Origin: Bacilli bacterium
GTDB lineage: Bacteria; Bacillota_I; Bacilli_A; RF39; UBA660
Assembly (NCBI GenBank): GCA_045627525.1
Contig: JAZQNW010000002.1
Location: forward strand, 102,304 to 166,303
Length of the DNA stretch: 64,000 nucleotides
Direction: 5' to 3'
Below are positions 10,442-21,088 of the stretch, piece by piece. A program made the position numbers and the translations under genes. A model generated the notes under the pieces. That model searched no databases. It had not been told where the DNA came from and saw nothing but the letters and a program-made list of their open reading frames with translations. How positions within the stretch are numbered: position 1 is the first letter of the stretch; every line of letters starts with the position of its first letter.

Positions 10442-12451
10442 TTATATCCTCTCCTTAATTATATTTTTACTACACAAATAGGTAATTACAAAATATATTC
10501 CATATATTATTATTAAAAATATGAAAGTATAAATAAAATCTTCTAATATATGGCTTACGCCTAATGAATTTAGTATTAAAACACAAAATTTTAAACCAAA
10601 TATTGTATGAACTATCGCTAATATAAATGGAGCTAAAAAGAATAATAAAGTTTGATAAAATAATGATTTATTTATATCTTTTTCATTAACTCCAATTTGT
10701 CTTAATACTTTATACTTATTTTTATCATCTATACAGTCTGACAATTGTTTAAGAGCAAGAATTGCTGATGAAGTTATTAGGAAAATTAAGCCTACATATA
10801 AGCCGATAAATGTTACTATTGCTGATAAACCAATACAGCTATCTTTAATATCTATTTTTGTATCAATTGAATATTTTTTGTTATTAAAATTCTTTCTTAA
10901 AAATTCGTAATAGTTTCTTTCTTCTTCTGATGTTACATTTTTTTTATAATTTCCAACCATAGTTATTTTATGCATATCATTATCAATTATAACTGAATCA
11001 TTTACTACTACAAATCCTGTGTTAGAAGGGTTACCACCTATATGTAAAAATCCATCTATATGATGATCATATTTAGGGGTTAATTCTTTTTCAAACAATT
11101 TAATTTTTTCTCCGTTTTTTAATGAACTATCGTATAATTGAGATTGAAAATTTGATACAATTGCATATTCATTTTCATTTAAATTAATTGATTCTAAATT
11201 AAATAGTTTTGAAAGTTTATTATAGTCTTTTTGACTAATCACCTCTATTTGATTATTCCATAAAACATAAGGGTATTTTTTTCTTAGAGCTTTTTCGTAA
11301 TTTCCAAAACTTTTACCATATGAGAAATTCTCATCAAAATATATAGTAGCTGCTTCTAATTTATCTACATTATTATAAAAATTATTATCAGTTTTCAAGT
11401 AATTTTTCATATCATCCATTGTTGATGGCAAATCATCTACTTCATACTTTAATATTTGAAAACTAGTAGGTGCATAAGTTCTTATAGAATTGTTAAAATA
11501 ACTTTTAATTGTAAAAGCGCTTGTTAGTAGGCATAATGTTATAAACAACATAATACATATTAATGAAATAGAAATAATCATTGTATTTACTTTACTACTT
11601 ATTTGTTTAAATGTAAAAGTATTTATATTTTTAAAATATATATTTTTACAATTTGAAATTATTTTTAAAAACATTCCAGCTATCGAATAAAAGAAACCTA
11701 TTGTTCCAAAAATTCCAAGGCCTATTGGTACTAATAATATACTAATATCATATTTTTCTAATAGTTCTAAATTTGTTACTAGATAATATGCACTAACTAA
11801 CATTATTATAGATAAAATGAATATTGATATACATAAATAAGGATTTCTTATTTTTATTTTTTCTTGTTTTTTACTTGCCTGTAATAGATTTATTAATTTT
11901 GTTTTTCTTATATTAAAAGTATTAAATAGCATAACTATAAAATATATTATTCCATAATATATACAAGTTTTTATCATTGCTGATTGAGAAAAATTAAATG
12001 TATATTTACTCATGTCTGCTTCAAATAGATTTGCAATAAATATGCTTGTTATTTGAGATGTTATTATTCCTATACCTAAACCTACTATTAATGATAAAAA
12101 TCCAATTAACAAAGTTTCAATTAATAATATAAATGATATCTTTCTTTTTGACATTCCAAGTGTCATATATATTCCAAATTCTTTATTTCTTTTTTTTATT
12201 AAAAATCTTGATGCATATATTATTAAAAAACCTAAGACAAAAGATATAAATACTGATACATATGATAATACATTTGTTAATAGTTTTATAATTTCTGATG
12301 TATTTTTTGATACTTCTAACATTGCTGTTTGTGAATCAATAGAATTAAAGATATAAAATATACATACTCCTAGTATTAATGTTACAAAATATATTCCATA
12401 ATCTTTAAAACTCTTTTTAATATTATTAAGAGATAATTTAAATAGCATCAT
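10442..12451 (-). CDS. BceB-type antimicrobial peptide ABC permease
   Basis: FtsX-like domains, KRNKEFGIYMTLGM, large extracellular loop, LRQIGV. Confidence 0.88.
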   Translation of the reverse strand: MMLFKLSLNNIKKSFKDYGIYFVTLILGVCIFYIFNSIDSQTAMLEVSKNTSEIIKLLTNVLSYVSVFISFVLGFLIIYASRFLIKKRNKEFGIYMTLGMSKRKISFILLIETLLIGFLSLIVGLGIGIITSQITSIFIANLFEADMSKYTFNFSQSAMIKTCIYYGIIYFIVMLFNTFNIRKTKLINLLQASKKQEKIKIRNPYLCISIFILSIIMLVSAYYLVTNLELLEKYDISILLVPIGLGIFGTIGFFYSIAGMFLKIISNCKNIYFKNINTFTFKQISSKVNTMIISISLICIMLFITLCLLTSAFTIKSYFNNSIRTYAPTSFQILKYEVDDLPSTMDDMKNYLKTDNNFYNNVDKLEAATIYFDENFSYGKSFGNYEKALRKKYPYVLWNNQIEVISQKDYNKLSKLFNLESINLNENEYAIVSNFQSQLYDSSLKNGEKIKLFEKELTPKYDHHIDGFLHIGGNPSNTGFVVVNDSVIIDNDMHKITMVGNYKKNVTSEEERNYYEFLRKNFNNKKYSIDTKIDIKDSCIGLSAIVTFIGLYVGLIFLITSSAILALKQLSDCIDDKNKYKVLRQIGVNEKDINKSLFYQTLLFFLAPFILAIVHTIFGLKFCVLILNSLGVSHILEDFIYTFIFLIIIYGIYFVITYLCSKNIIKERI

Positions 12452-13205
12452 TCATCTCTCCTCCAAGTAGTGTTAATACTTCAATAATATTTTCAAAGAA
12501 TTCTTTTCTTGTTAAATCGCCTTTATTTATTTCATTAAATATTTTGCCATCTTTAATAAATATTACTCGCTGAGCAAAAGATGCACTAAATGTATCATGT
12601 GTAACCATAAGTATAGTTGAATTTAATTCTTTATTTAAGTATTCAAAGCTGTCTAGTAATTGTCTTGATGATTTTGAATCTAATGCACCGGTAGGTTCAT
12701 CAGCAAGAATTAATCTTGGATTTATAATAATTGCTCTAGCACTTGCTATTCTTTGCTTTTCTCCACCGCTCATTTGATATGGATATTTATTTAATATTTT
12801 TTTTATATTAAGTTTTTCTGCTATATCTTCTATTCTTTTTTTGATTTCTTTCTCTTTAATATTTTGAATTGATAATGATAATGCAATATTTTCATATCCT
12901 GTTAAGGTATCTAATAAATTAAAATCTTGAAATATAAAACCTAGTTTTTCTCTTCTAAAAGTATTTAGTTTATTTCCTTTTAATTTAGTAATGTCTTCAT
13001 TATCAACATATATATTACCAGATGTAACTTTATCAATAGTTGATATTAAATTTAGCAATGTTGTTTTACCAGAACCGCTAGCACCCATAATAGCAACAAA
13101 TTCACCTTTTGATACATCAAAAGATATATTATTGACAGCTTTGGTAAGAGCGTTTCTACTACCATAATATTTTTCAACATTCTTAACTTTTAATATTTTT
13201 TCCAT
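12438..13205 (-). CDS. BceA-type ABC ATP-binding protein
   Basis: GASGSGKTTLLN, GFIFQDFNLLDTLT, ADEPTGALDSKSS. Confidence 0.9.
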   Translation of the reverse strand: MEKILKVKNVEKYYGSRNALTKAVNNISFDVSKGEFVAIMGASGSGKTTLLNLISTIDKVTSGNIYVDNEDITKLKGNKLNTFRREKLGFIFQDFNLLDTLTGYENIALSLSIQNIKEKEIKKRIEDIAEKLNIKKILNKYPYQMSGGEKQRIASARAIIINPRLILADEPTGALDSKSSRQLLDSFEYLNKELNSTILMVTHDTFSASFAQRVIFIKDGKIFNEINKGDLTRKEFFENIIEVLTLLGGEMNDAI

Positions 13206-13273
13206 TTTTTCACCTCTACTTAAAAGTTTACATCTATATATTAGTTATGTCGTATTTTAAATATTGCATAATA

Positions 13274-13287
13274 TTACATTTTTGTAA
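13274..13287. promoter_or_regulatory. Putative BceR-type operator upstream of the ABC transporter
   Basis: Palindrome TTACA-TTTT-TGTAA overlapping the kinase stop codon. Confidence 0.65.
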
Positions 13288-14293
13288 CATTGTATAAATT
13301 ATTTTTACCAAAGGAAATAATTATTTTTGTATATTTTCCTTTAATTGATTCTACTTCTATTTTATGGCCTAATTTGTCAATTAATTTATTAACAATATAT
13401 AATCCCATTCCCGTAGATTTAGTTTTATCTCTTCCATTAGATCCTGTAAAAGTTTTTTCAAATATTCGAGTTATATCTTTAGAAGGAATACCAATACCAT
13501 TATCAAGTATTATGAGTTTAATGCTATTTTTATCTTCTATTGTTTCTATCTTAATAAAAGAGTCTTTTTCTTTCTTATATTTTATACTATTATTAATTAT
13601 CTGATTGATAATGTATTCTAACCATTTTTTATCTGTATAGACCTTATTATTTATTTTACTTACTTCTAAATTTATTTTGTTTTCTAATAAATCATCTTTA
13701 TTTTTTAAACTTACATTTCTTATTACTTCTTTTAGATTCACTTCATTTATTAAGAAGTCTTTTTCTGGATTTTCACTTCTTACATAATACAATACGTCAT
13801 CTACATAATTATCTATTTTTCTAACAATATATAATAAATCATTACCATATTTTTCTTTATTATTGTGACATTTTAATACAAGAGATGATATAGGAAGTTT
13901 TACTTCATGAATCCATAATTCAATAAATTCTTTATATTCAGATAGATTATTTTCTTTAGCTTTAATATTTTCAATCATTGATTTATTAATATCATATAAA
14001 ATGTCATTAATTATTCTTTCTTCATTATTAATAGGTTTATATATAGTTTCTAGTATCAAATATTTTTTATCTAATTTTTCTAGATTATCTATTATTGAAT
14101 TAAAATATTTTCTTTTTGGTAAATAATTTATTAATAATATTACTAATCCAGTTAACAATTCTATTAATAATATAATTATTAAAATGTAATTATTTAAGTT
14201 AAATATTTTTAATATTAAACAAAGTAATGATACTTTTAAGATATATGCTAATATGCTTGGCAATTTGTCTTTTATATATAGGCTTAATTTCAT
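13274..14293 (-). CDS. BceS-type intramembrane-sensing histidine kinase
   Basis: Two N-terminal TMs without a sensor loop, WIHEVKLP H-box, DNGIGI, STGMGLY. Confidence 0.9.
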   Translation of the reverse strand: MKLSLYIKDKLPSILAYILKVSLLCLILKIFNLNNYILIIILLIELLTGLVILLINYLPKRKYFNSIIDNLEKLDKKYLILETIYKPINNEERIINDILYDINKSMIENIKAKENNLSEYKEFIELWIHEVKLPISSLVLKCHNNKEKYGNDLLYIVRKIDNYVDDVLYYVRSENPEKDFLINEVNLKEVIRNVSLKNKDDLLENKINLEVSKINNKVYTDKKWLEYIINQIINNSIKYKKEKDSFIKIETIEDKNSIKLIILDNGIGIPSKDITRIFEKTFTGSNGRDKTKSTGMGLYIVNKLIDKLGHKIEVESIKGKYTKIIISFGKNNLYNVTKM

Positions 14294-14952
14294 AATAGTA
14301 TGTACCCTATTCCCTTTCTTGTTTCAATTATTTCTTCTTCTGTTAATTCCTTTAATTTTGTTCTTAATCTACTTATATTTACTGTTAATGCATTATCATT
14401 TATGAATTCATCATTATTCCATAAATCTGTCATTAATTCATCACGAGTTACAATTCTTTCTTTATTATTTAATAGATAGTTAAGTATAATCATTTCATTT
14501 TTAGTAAGTACGATTTCTTTTTGATTTTTACTTATTATTCCTTTTTTTATATTTATATTAAAATCTTTATATTTGATAACATCTTGTGTCATTTCACATC
14601 TTTTAAAAATATTGGCTATTCTTAATAAAAGTATTGTTGGATTATATGGTTTAGTAATATAATCATCTGCTCCATAGCTAATTGATAAGACTTCATCTAT
14701 TTCACTTGATCTACTTGTAACCATAATGATTGGTATATTTGATTTCTTTCTTATTTCTTTAAGTAGTAGTTCACCATTTAAGTATGGTATGTTAATATCT
14801 AATAAAATTAAATCAATTTTGCTATTTAAAATTATATTTATAGCATTTTTATAATCTTCTAATATTAATACTTCATAATTTGAATTAACTAATAAGTTAT
14901 TCAACTCTTTAGAAACAGTATCATCATCTTCAACAATCATAATTCTTTTCAT
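14290..14952 (-). CDS. BceR-type OmpR family response regulator
   Basis: VEDD, LLDINIP, GADDYITKP, NALTVNISRLR, ETRKGIGY. Confidence 0.92.
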   Translation of the reverse strand: MKRIMIVEDDDTVSKELNNLLVNSNYEVLILEDYKNAINIILNSKIDLILLDINIPYLNGELLLKEIRKKSNIPIIMVTSRSSEIDEVLSISYGADDYITKPYNPTILLLRIANIFKRCEMTQDVIKYKDFNINIKKGIISKNQKEIVLTKNEMIILNYLLNNKERIVTRDELMTDLWNNDEFINDNALTVNISRLRTKLKELTEEEIIETRKGIGYILL

Positions 14953-14999
14953 AATAATTCACCTAGTAACATTATATCAAAAATATTTATTTATAAATA

Positions 15000-15013
15000 T
15001 TACACTTTTGTAA
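15000..15013. promoter_or_regulatory. Second BceR-type operator upstream of the response regulator
   Basis: TTACA-CTTT-TGTAA, same palindrome as 13274-13287. Confidence 0.6.
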
Positions 15014-15064
15014 TGTATATAAATTTTTGCATATAAAAAAGCTCATAAATTGAGCTTTTAATGT

Positions 15065-15580
15065 TTAAAGATTTTCTTTACTAAGGTATCTTAATTGTTT
15101 TATTTTAGCTTTATCTTCTATGTATTCAAATCTTGGTTTTACAAAATTTGTTGAACCTCTTTTTTCGTTTTGATATCTTGGAATTAATTGATAGTGAAAG
15201 TGATTCATTTTGCCATCACACATCGTACATAAATATACGCTTTCTGCTGAATATACTTTTTTTATAATATTTTGCATTCTTTTTGAGAGTATAATCATTT
15301 GTTTTAGTGTTTCGTCATCACACTCTGACATATCTTTGTAATGTATTTTTGTACTTATTATAGTATGTCCATATGCTCTAGGATTGCCAGCTAGAAAGCA
15401 TTCGAATAAATCATCTTCATAAATTATTTTATCTGTGTTATCGCCATATAAAATGGAATTATTTTCTTTATTAAAACATGTAGGACATATACCTGAATCA
15501 GTTAAATCAGCTGCCGTTACTTTCCCTTCTTTTATTAATCCAATTATTTCTTCAGTTGAAAATTTTTGTAAATTATTCAT
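15065..15580 (-). CDS. HIT family protein
   Basis: CPTC, PRAYGHTII, variant HIT motif HFHYQLIPR. Confidence 0.8.
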   Translation of the reverse strand: MNNLQKFSTEEIIGLIKEGKVTAADLTDSGICPTCFNKENNSILYGDNTDKIIYEDDLFECFLAGNPRAYGHTIISTKIHYKDMSECDDETLKQMIILSKRMQNIIKKVYSAESVYLCTMCDGKMNHFHYQLIPRYQNEKRGSTNFVKPRFEYIEDKAKIKQLRYLSKENL

Positions 15581-15666
15581 ATTTCCTCCTGTTCTTATAT
15601 TTTTTTCATTTTTTTAATGTTAGAAATAATTTTTATTGACACTTTTTATTAAGTATTTTATTCTCT

Positions 15667-15885
15667 CTATTTAAGCTTTTTTATATCACATACTAATCCA
15701 ACTACAAATGTAATAATACTTGGTAGTATAAATTCTATTAATCTTACTATTATATTTAAATAAAATGGTGCAGAAGTTATCATAGGATTATAATTTTTAT
15801 AATCATAAATTATAAATACTATAAATAGTATCAATAGAATTATTGATATTATATATAAAATTTTACTTATTGATCTTTTATTCAT
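15667..15885 (-). CDS. Small two-TM membrane protein
   Basis: RBS GAGG, two hydrophobic helices, SAPFY motif. Confidence 0.65.
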   Translation of the reverse strand: MNKRSISKILYIISIILLILFIVFIIYDYKNYNPMITSAPFYLNIIVRLIEFILPSIITFVVGLVCDIKKLK

Positions 15886-15928
15886 AGTTTTACCTCTTAA
15901 TTATTTATATTTTATTTTGATACATAAA

Positions 15929-16819
15929 TTAATGATGATGGTGATGTTGTAATGAATTGCTACTAGTAAGATTTATATTGCATTCTTTTTCATCACATAC
16001 TTCTTCTTCTGTTTCTAAAATAACATGACAAATATTATGTTCTAATAATTCTTCTCTAATTTTTTTCTTAATTTCTTTTGCATCTTTTAATTTTGAAACA
16101 ATATGCATAGTAGCATAATTATTATATCCGTCAATGCTCCAGACATGGATATGATGAATGTCTTCTACTCCGTCTATTTTAAGTAAATGTTTTTTTAATT
16201 TATCTAAATCTATGTCATTAGGTGTTTTTTCCATAAATAAATCTAATACATCTTTTAAATTTTTTATTGAGCTAATAAATATAAACAATGCTACAGCAAT
16301 ACTCATTAGTGGATCTAATATTTTTATATCGGTAAAATTCATAATTATTGCGCCTATTAATACAACTATCCAACCTAATACATCTTCTAACATATGGAGA
16401 TTAACGGCTTTTTGATTTATGGAATCTCCTTCTCTTGTTATACAAGCTGCTAAAAAATTTAATACTACACCTATTATTGCAAATATTATCATGCCACTAT
16501 AGTTAATTTCTACTGGACTAATTAATCTTTTTGTTGCATTAATAATTACCAATATCGAACCAACTAATAATATTGTAGTAGTAATAATCCCTCCTAAAAC
16601 CGAATATCTTATATACCCGTATGTGTATTTTTTATCTGCTTTCTTTTTACTTTTTTTCTCTAGGAAATATGATATTCCGATAGAAATTGCATCACCTAAA
16701 TCATGTATTGAATCAGATATAATCGCAACTGAACCTGTAATAAGTCCACCAAAAAATTCAAATATTGAAAATGAAATATTTAAAATAAATGCTATTAAAA
16801 TATTTTTTTCTGTTTTCAT
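15929..16819 (-). CDS. Cation diffusion facilitator (CzcD-like)
   Basis: SDSIHDLGD, LHMLEDVLGW, IHHIHVWS, His-rich C-terminus. Confidence 0.9.
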   Translation of the reverse strand: MKTEKNILIAFILNISFSIFEFFGGLITGSVAIISDSIHDLGDAISIGISYFLEKKSKKKADKKYTYGYIRYSVLGGIITTTILLVGSILVIINATKRLISPVEINYSGMIIFAIIGVVLNFLAACITREGDSINQKAVNLHMLEDVLGWIVVLIGAIIMNFTDIKILDPLMSIAVALFIFISSIKNLKDVLDLFMEKTPNDIDLDKLKKHLLKIDGVEDIHHIHVWSIDGYNNYATMHIVSKLKDAKEIKKKIREELLEHNICHVILETEEEVCDEKECNINLTSSNSLQHHHHH

Positions 16820-16875
16820 TTTTACCAGCTCCTTTTTATATTTAATTGTGAAAATTATTTTTGTACTTCTGATTT

Positions 16876-17580
16876 TTATATTGCATATAAGTAAATACTA
16901 AAAAATTGTAATACTGCACCTATTAATACAAATACATGAAATACTGAATGGATATATTTTTTCTTTGCTCCTACTAAATAAAATAGAGCTCCTAATGTAT
17001 AGGCTACACCACCAGAAACTAATAGTATTAATCCATTAACTGGTAGTAAATTCTTTAATGGTCCAATTGACGCTACTACCATCCAGCCCATTATCAAATA
17101 TAATATGAATGATATTACTTTATATTTTTCTAAATTTATAGCATTTAATATTACTCCAATTATCGCACATCCCCATATAACTCCAAATAATGTCCATCCT
17201 AGAGCACCACCTATTAAACTTATACAAAATGGCGTATAGCACCCAGCTATAAATACATATATATCGCAGTGATCAATTATTCTAAATACTTTTTTTGCTT
17301 TTATTTTTGGACTAAATGAGTGATATAGGCAGCTTATTGTAAACATTATTATCATTGTTGCGCCATATATAGATGAAGCAACAACACCTGCAGGATGATG
17401 ATTTATTGCCGCTCTAACAATTGCTAATACTAATGCTGCTATACCTAGTAACCCACCTATTCCATGTGTTATTGAATTTGTTATTTCTTCGCCCAATGTA
17501 TATTTGGGTATTTTTATTTTTTCCATATTTTCACCTCTTTGATTGTGTTCATTTTTAGTATAATACATAATTTTATTCAT
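16876..17580 (-). CDS. Hemolysin III / PAQR family membrane protein (likely start at 17526)
   Basis: EEITNSITHG, SCLYH, DHCDIYVFIAGCYTP, HSVFHVFV. Confidence 0.9.
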   Translation of the reverse strand: MNKIMYYTKNEHNQRGENMEKIKIPKYTLGEEITNSITHGIGGLLGIAALVLAIVRAAINHHPAGVVASSIYGATMIIMFTISCLYHSFSPKIKAKKVFRIIDHCDIYVFIAGCYTPFCISLIGGALGWTLFGVIWGCAIIGVILNAINLEKYKVISFILYLIMGWMVVASIGPLKNLLPVNGLILLVSGGVAYTLGALFYLVGAKKKYIHSVFHVFVLIGAVLQFFSIYLYAI

Positions 17581-18163
17581 TTATGTAATTGATTATTACT
17601 TTATCATATTTTTCTTTATTAACTTGTATTGACTTATCTACATTAATTATGTAATCTTGCAATGTACATTTTTTCTCTTCATTATAATATTCTTTTATTA
17701 GATTTCCACCAAGAGCAATCATTGTTTTTGCAGATGCTGGATTTTCTTTATCGCAGTCCATAAAAACTTCTTTAATTCCATGTTCTTGACAACATAGTAA
17801 TCCTAAATATAAATTTACCTTATTATATCCTTTGTTTCTCTCAGTTGGTCGAATACTGTAACCTATATGACCGCCAAATTTTTTTAAGCTTTCATTTAAT
17901 GCTAGTCTAATATTAATCATACCTATAATTTTATTATCTGACTCTCTAACTAGGAAAAAAGTTTCTGTAGGAACTCGTTCTTCTGTAACCGGTCTATTTC
18001 TATCTTCTTCTAATTTTTGTAACCATCCATCGTAGTTATTTAAAAACTTATCTAAACTACCTGATCCATTAACTTCTGAATTATATTCATAAAATTCTTT
18101 TATATATTCAATAGCCTGTGATTCATAATCTTTTGTTGGTCTTACATGTTTTAGTATTTCCAT
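17573..18163 (-). CDS. GNAT family acetyltransferase
   Basis: GGHIGYSIRPTERNKGY, CDKENPASAKT. Confidence 0.88.
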   Translation of the reverse strand: MEILKHVRPTKDYESQAIEYIKEFYEYNSEVNGSGSLDKFLNNYDGWLQKLEEDRNRPVTEERVPTETFFLVRESDNKIIGMINIRLALNESLKKFGGHIGYSIRPTERNKGYNKVNLYLGLLCCQEHGIKEVFMDCDKENPASAKTMIALGGNLIKEYYNEEKKCTLQDYIINVDKSIQVNKEKYDKVIINYINE

Positions 18164-18240
18164 ATAATCAACTCCTACATAAATTATATCATACTAATAA
18201 AAAAGATACGATTTTAGATTAAACTTTCATATCTTTTTTA

Positions 18241-18918
18241 TTACTTTATTTTTAAACTTTTTAAATATTCTTTTTGTTCTTCTGTTATTCTATAGCTTTC
18301 TCTGGCTTTTTGAATTGTTTTATTGTGAATCCACTTATCAAGTCTTTTTTCCTCAATATATTTAATTGTATCATCCCATTGTTTTGCTAAGGCTGTAGCA
18401 AAAAACCAAGCTATCATCATTTGAATGTAGTATTCATTTGAATGCACTTTAGCTGGTATATCTAAATATTCTTTTTTGAAGTCATCATCTAGATAATGAC
18501 TCATTAACATTTCAATTCCAAATCTACATGTATATATTTCTTTTGAATTTGACCACTGTCTTATTTTTTTTATTAAGTCAGCTTTATGTTTTTTAAATAC
18601 TTTTGGTGACATGATATCGCATACTGCCCAATTATCTACATATGGTAAAAATTTATCAATTTCTTCAATACATTTATCATAATCTTTTATTTCTGAAATA
18701 AGGAGTCCATGAAGCATATTTTCGTCATAATAATTATGTGGTAATGTTTTTAAAAATTCAAAAATTTCCGGTTCTTTTATATATTTTTTTGCTAATTTTC
18801 TAACTTCAGGAACCCTAACTCCAATGAATTTTTCTTTTGGAATTGTTGGTGTTAATTTACTTTGAAATTCTGCATATTCTTTATCTTGTAATTTTAATAA
18901 TTCATTTAATATTTCCAT
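18241..18918 (-). CDS. DNA alkylation repair protein (AlkD family)
   Basis: GVRVP, VDNWAVCD, EYYIQMMIAWFFATAL. Confidence 0.88.
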   Translation of the reverse strand: MEILNELLKLQDKEYAEFQSKLTPTIPKEKFIGVRVPEVRKLAKKYIKEPEIFEFLKTLPHNYYDENMLHGLLISEIKDYDKCIEEIDKFLPYVDNWAVCDIMSPKVFKKHKADLIKKIRQWSNSKEIYTCRFGIEMLMSHYLDDDFKKEYLDIPAKVHSNEYYIQMMIAWFFATALAKQWDDTIKYIEEKRLDKWIHNKTIQKARESYRITEEQKEYLKSLKIK

Positions 18919-18982
18919 TATATTTACTCCTAGTATACATTTTTTTCATTATTCTTTAATCTAGTTATATTGTTAATTAACA

Positions 18983-19495
18983 TTATATTTTTTCAAAGAA
19001 GTACACATTTTCTGGGAGACCTAATTTTTCAAAAATTCTTTGTTTAGCATATTTCCCACCTAAATGTTTATAAAATTCATTTGATGGATTACCATCTAAA
19101 CATCCAATAATCATTTGATTAAATCCCATCTTTTTTAACTCTTTTATTCCTGCTTGAAATAATTTCTTACCATATCCTTTTCTCTTATATTCATTAATAA
19201 TATAAATAGCATATAGTTCGCCACAATTTGGATATTCTTTTTCTTCTGTTGGACCTACATTTACAAATCCTACCACTTTGTTATCAATTTCAAGTACAAA
19301 TACGTGATTATTATTTTCATCAAAATTGTTATAAGAATTAATAGATCTTAATTCTTCGTTTGTATATAATTCTTTCAAAAAATCATCTGGTACTAGTCCT
19401 TTATATGTTTCATTCCAAGCTGTTGTTACAACTTTGGATATGGCTGAGCAATCGTCTTTTGCTTTTCTTCTTATTACAATTTCTATATAAATCAT
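18983..19495 (-). CDS. GNAT family acetyltransferase
   Basis: AWNETYKGLVP, GELYAIYI, KRKGYG, FYKHLGG. Confidence 0.88.
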   Translation of the reverse strand: MIYIEIVIRRKAKDDCSAISKVVTTAWNETYKGLVPDDFLKELYTNEELRSINSYNNFDENNNHVFVLEIDNKVVGFVNVGPTEEKEYPNCGELYAIYIINEYKRKGYGKKLFQAGIKELKKMGFNQMIIGCLDGNPSNEFYKHLGGKYAKQRIFEKLGLPENVYFFEKI

Positions 19496-19641
19496 CTCCT
19501 ATAATTATTATAACATTTTCACAATTTATTTCGTATAAAAAGGACACATTATACAAAATATAGTATGTCGTTGATTTACATATTATATAATTTTAGTGGT
19601 GGTAGTGTTATCTTCATCCTCACTATAACACTCTAATATAA

Positions 19642-20070
19642 CTAATTTTGCTGGATTAAGTCTAAGTTGCCATTAATAACAATTGGAGCAAATCCTTCTA
19701 TTTCATCAAATAACATTCCTTCTGGAATATCATTATATAAATATATAGTTTTGCCTAATCTAAATGCATCATACATTTCTAAAAATGTTGCTCCACCTAT
19801 GTAATTTTGATATAGTTTACCATCTTTTTCTTTATCTAAATTTAAGACTAACACAGCATCCATTTTTGATATTGTTTCTTCACTTTTCTTATACATTTCT
19901 GATTTAAATTTTTGGTGTTTTTCTTTTCCTAAATCCCACATTCTTTGTTCTGTTTCTGGATCTTCATAACAATTAGGTAGATAAACATCTATGTTTTTAT
20001 TTTCTAATACACTTTTTAATTCTTCTATTTTAGAATAAAAGTTTTTACTACAAATAATTAATATTTTCAT
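19642..20070 (-). CDS. Hypothetical protein, nucleoside 2-deoxyribosyltransferase-like fold
   Basis: DAVLVLN..YIGGATFLEMYDAFRLGK pattern (G...E...A...K). Confidence 0.55.
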   Translation of the reverse strand: MKILIICSKNFYSKIEELKSVLENKNIDVYLPNCYEDPETEQRMWDLGKEKHQKFKSEMYKKSEETISKMDAVLVLNLDKEKDGKLYQNYIGGATFLEMYDAFRLGKTIYLYNDIPEGMLFDEIEGFAPIVINGNLDLIQQN

Positions 20071-20181
20071 TTTTGTCCTCTCTTTTATTTAATACTATAC
20101 CACATAAAAGAGCAAATCAAAAGATTTGCCCTAAATTTATTAAATTAATTATCTATACATAAAATTAAAAATATTAACACA

Positions 20182-20841
20182 TTATTTAGAACTTCCAATT
20201 AAATTAGTATCACCATACACGTAGTCAAATAAATCATATAATTTTCCATCAGTTGTTTGAGCAACGACCGTTTGACCATTTGGAGAAACTGGTCTATCAC
20301 TACTCAATTTAACTAAATATAATTTCTTAACATTTTTTAAATTATTAATCCTATATAGACGGAAACCATATTTTACGTTTCCATTATTATCGCTTTCAAA
20401 TATTTCATATTTTAGATAATCAATATTTCCCTCTTCATCAAGAAATATAACTTTATATTCCTCCATGCCAGGTCCACCTTTATATATTAGTGTTTCCAAA
20501 TACATTTTATAATTATTTGTTAACTCGTATGTAATATTATATGTACTATCATTTACTACATACCCAGTTTCTGTTTTTTGAACAAAACCATTATCATCTT
20601 TTTGATCAATAACGCTATATTTATATGTTTCATCTTTATTATAAATATTATTTTCATTAAATACTAAATCAATGTTTTTTTCTTCTTTAGAATTTTTTTC
20701 TATATTATCAGCAGGTGTGTTGCTTGGAATTGAAACATCTTTTGATAACAATTTATCATATGCGATGTATCCCCCTAAAACAATAATAATTAATACTAAA
20801 ATAACAATAATTGATGATGAGTTTTTCTTCTTTTCTTCCAT
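20182..20841 (-). CDS. Hypothetical membrane-anchored protein
   Basis: MEEKKK start, one TM helix, low-complexity linker. Confidence 0.7.
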   Translation of the reverse strand: MEEKKKNSSSIIVILVLIIIVLGGYIAYDKLLSKDVSIPSNTPADNIEKNSKEEKNIDLVFNENNIYNKDETYKYSVIDQKDDNGFVQKTETGYVVNDSTYNITYELTNNYKMYLETLIYKGGPGMEEYKVIFLDEEGNIDYLKYEIFESDNNGNVKYGFRLYRINNLKNVKKLYLVKLSSDRPVSPNGQTVVAQTTDGKLYDLFDYVYGDTNLIGSSK

Positions 20842-21088
20842 AATAAATATTCCTTTCTATTTTATAATTTAATTATACAACAAAAAAAATAACGCCTACA
20901 TTTTTTTTAATATATTATTATGTTTTTGTATTTAAATACATAATTTTACATGTTTTTAGCATCAATAATTGCAAGTTATTATAATTACTTCTAATATTAA
21001 TGCATGTTCTTTATCATCTTTATATGTTCATATCTCTTACTTTTTTAATTCTGGAAATAAATAATTAATTATAAGCGGTATCTAAAAA

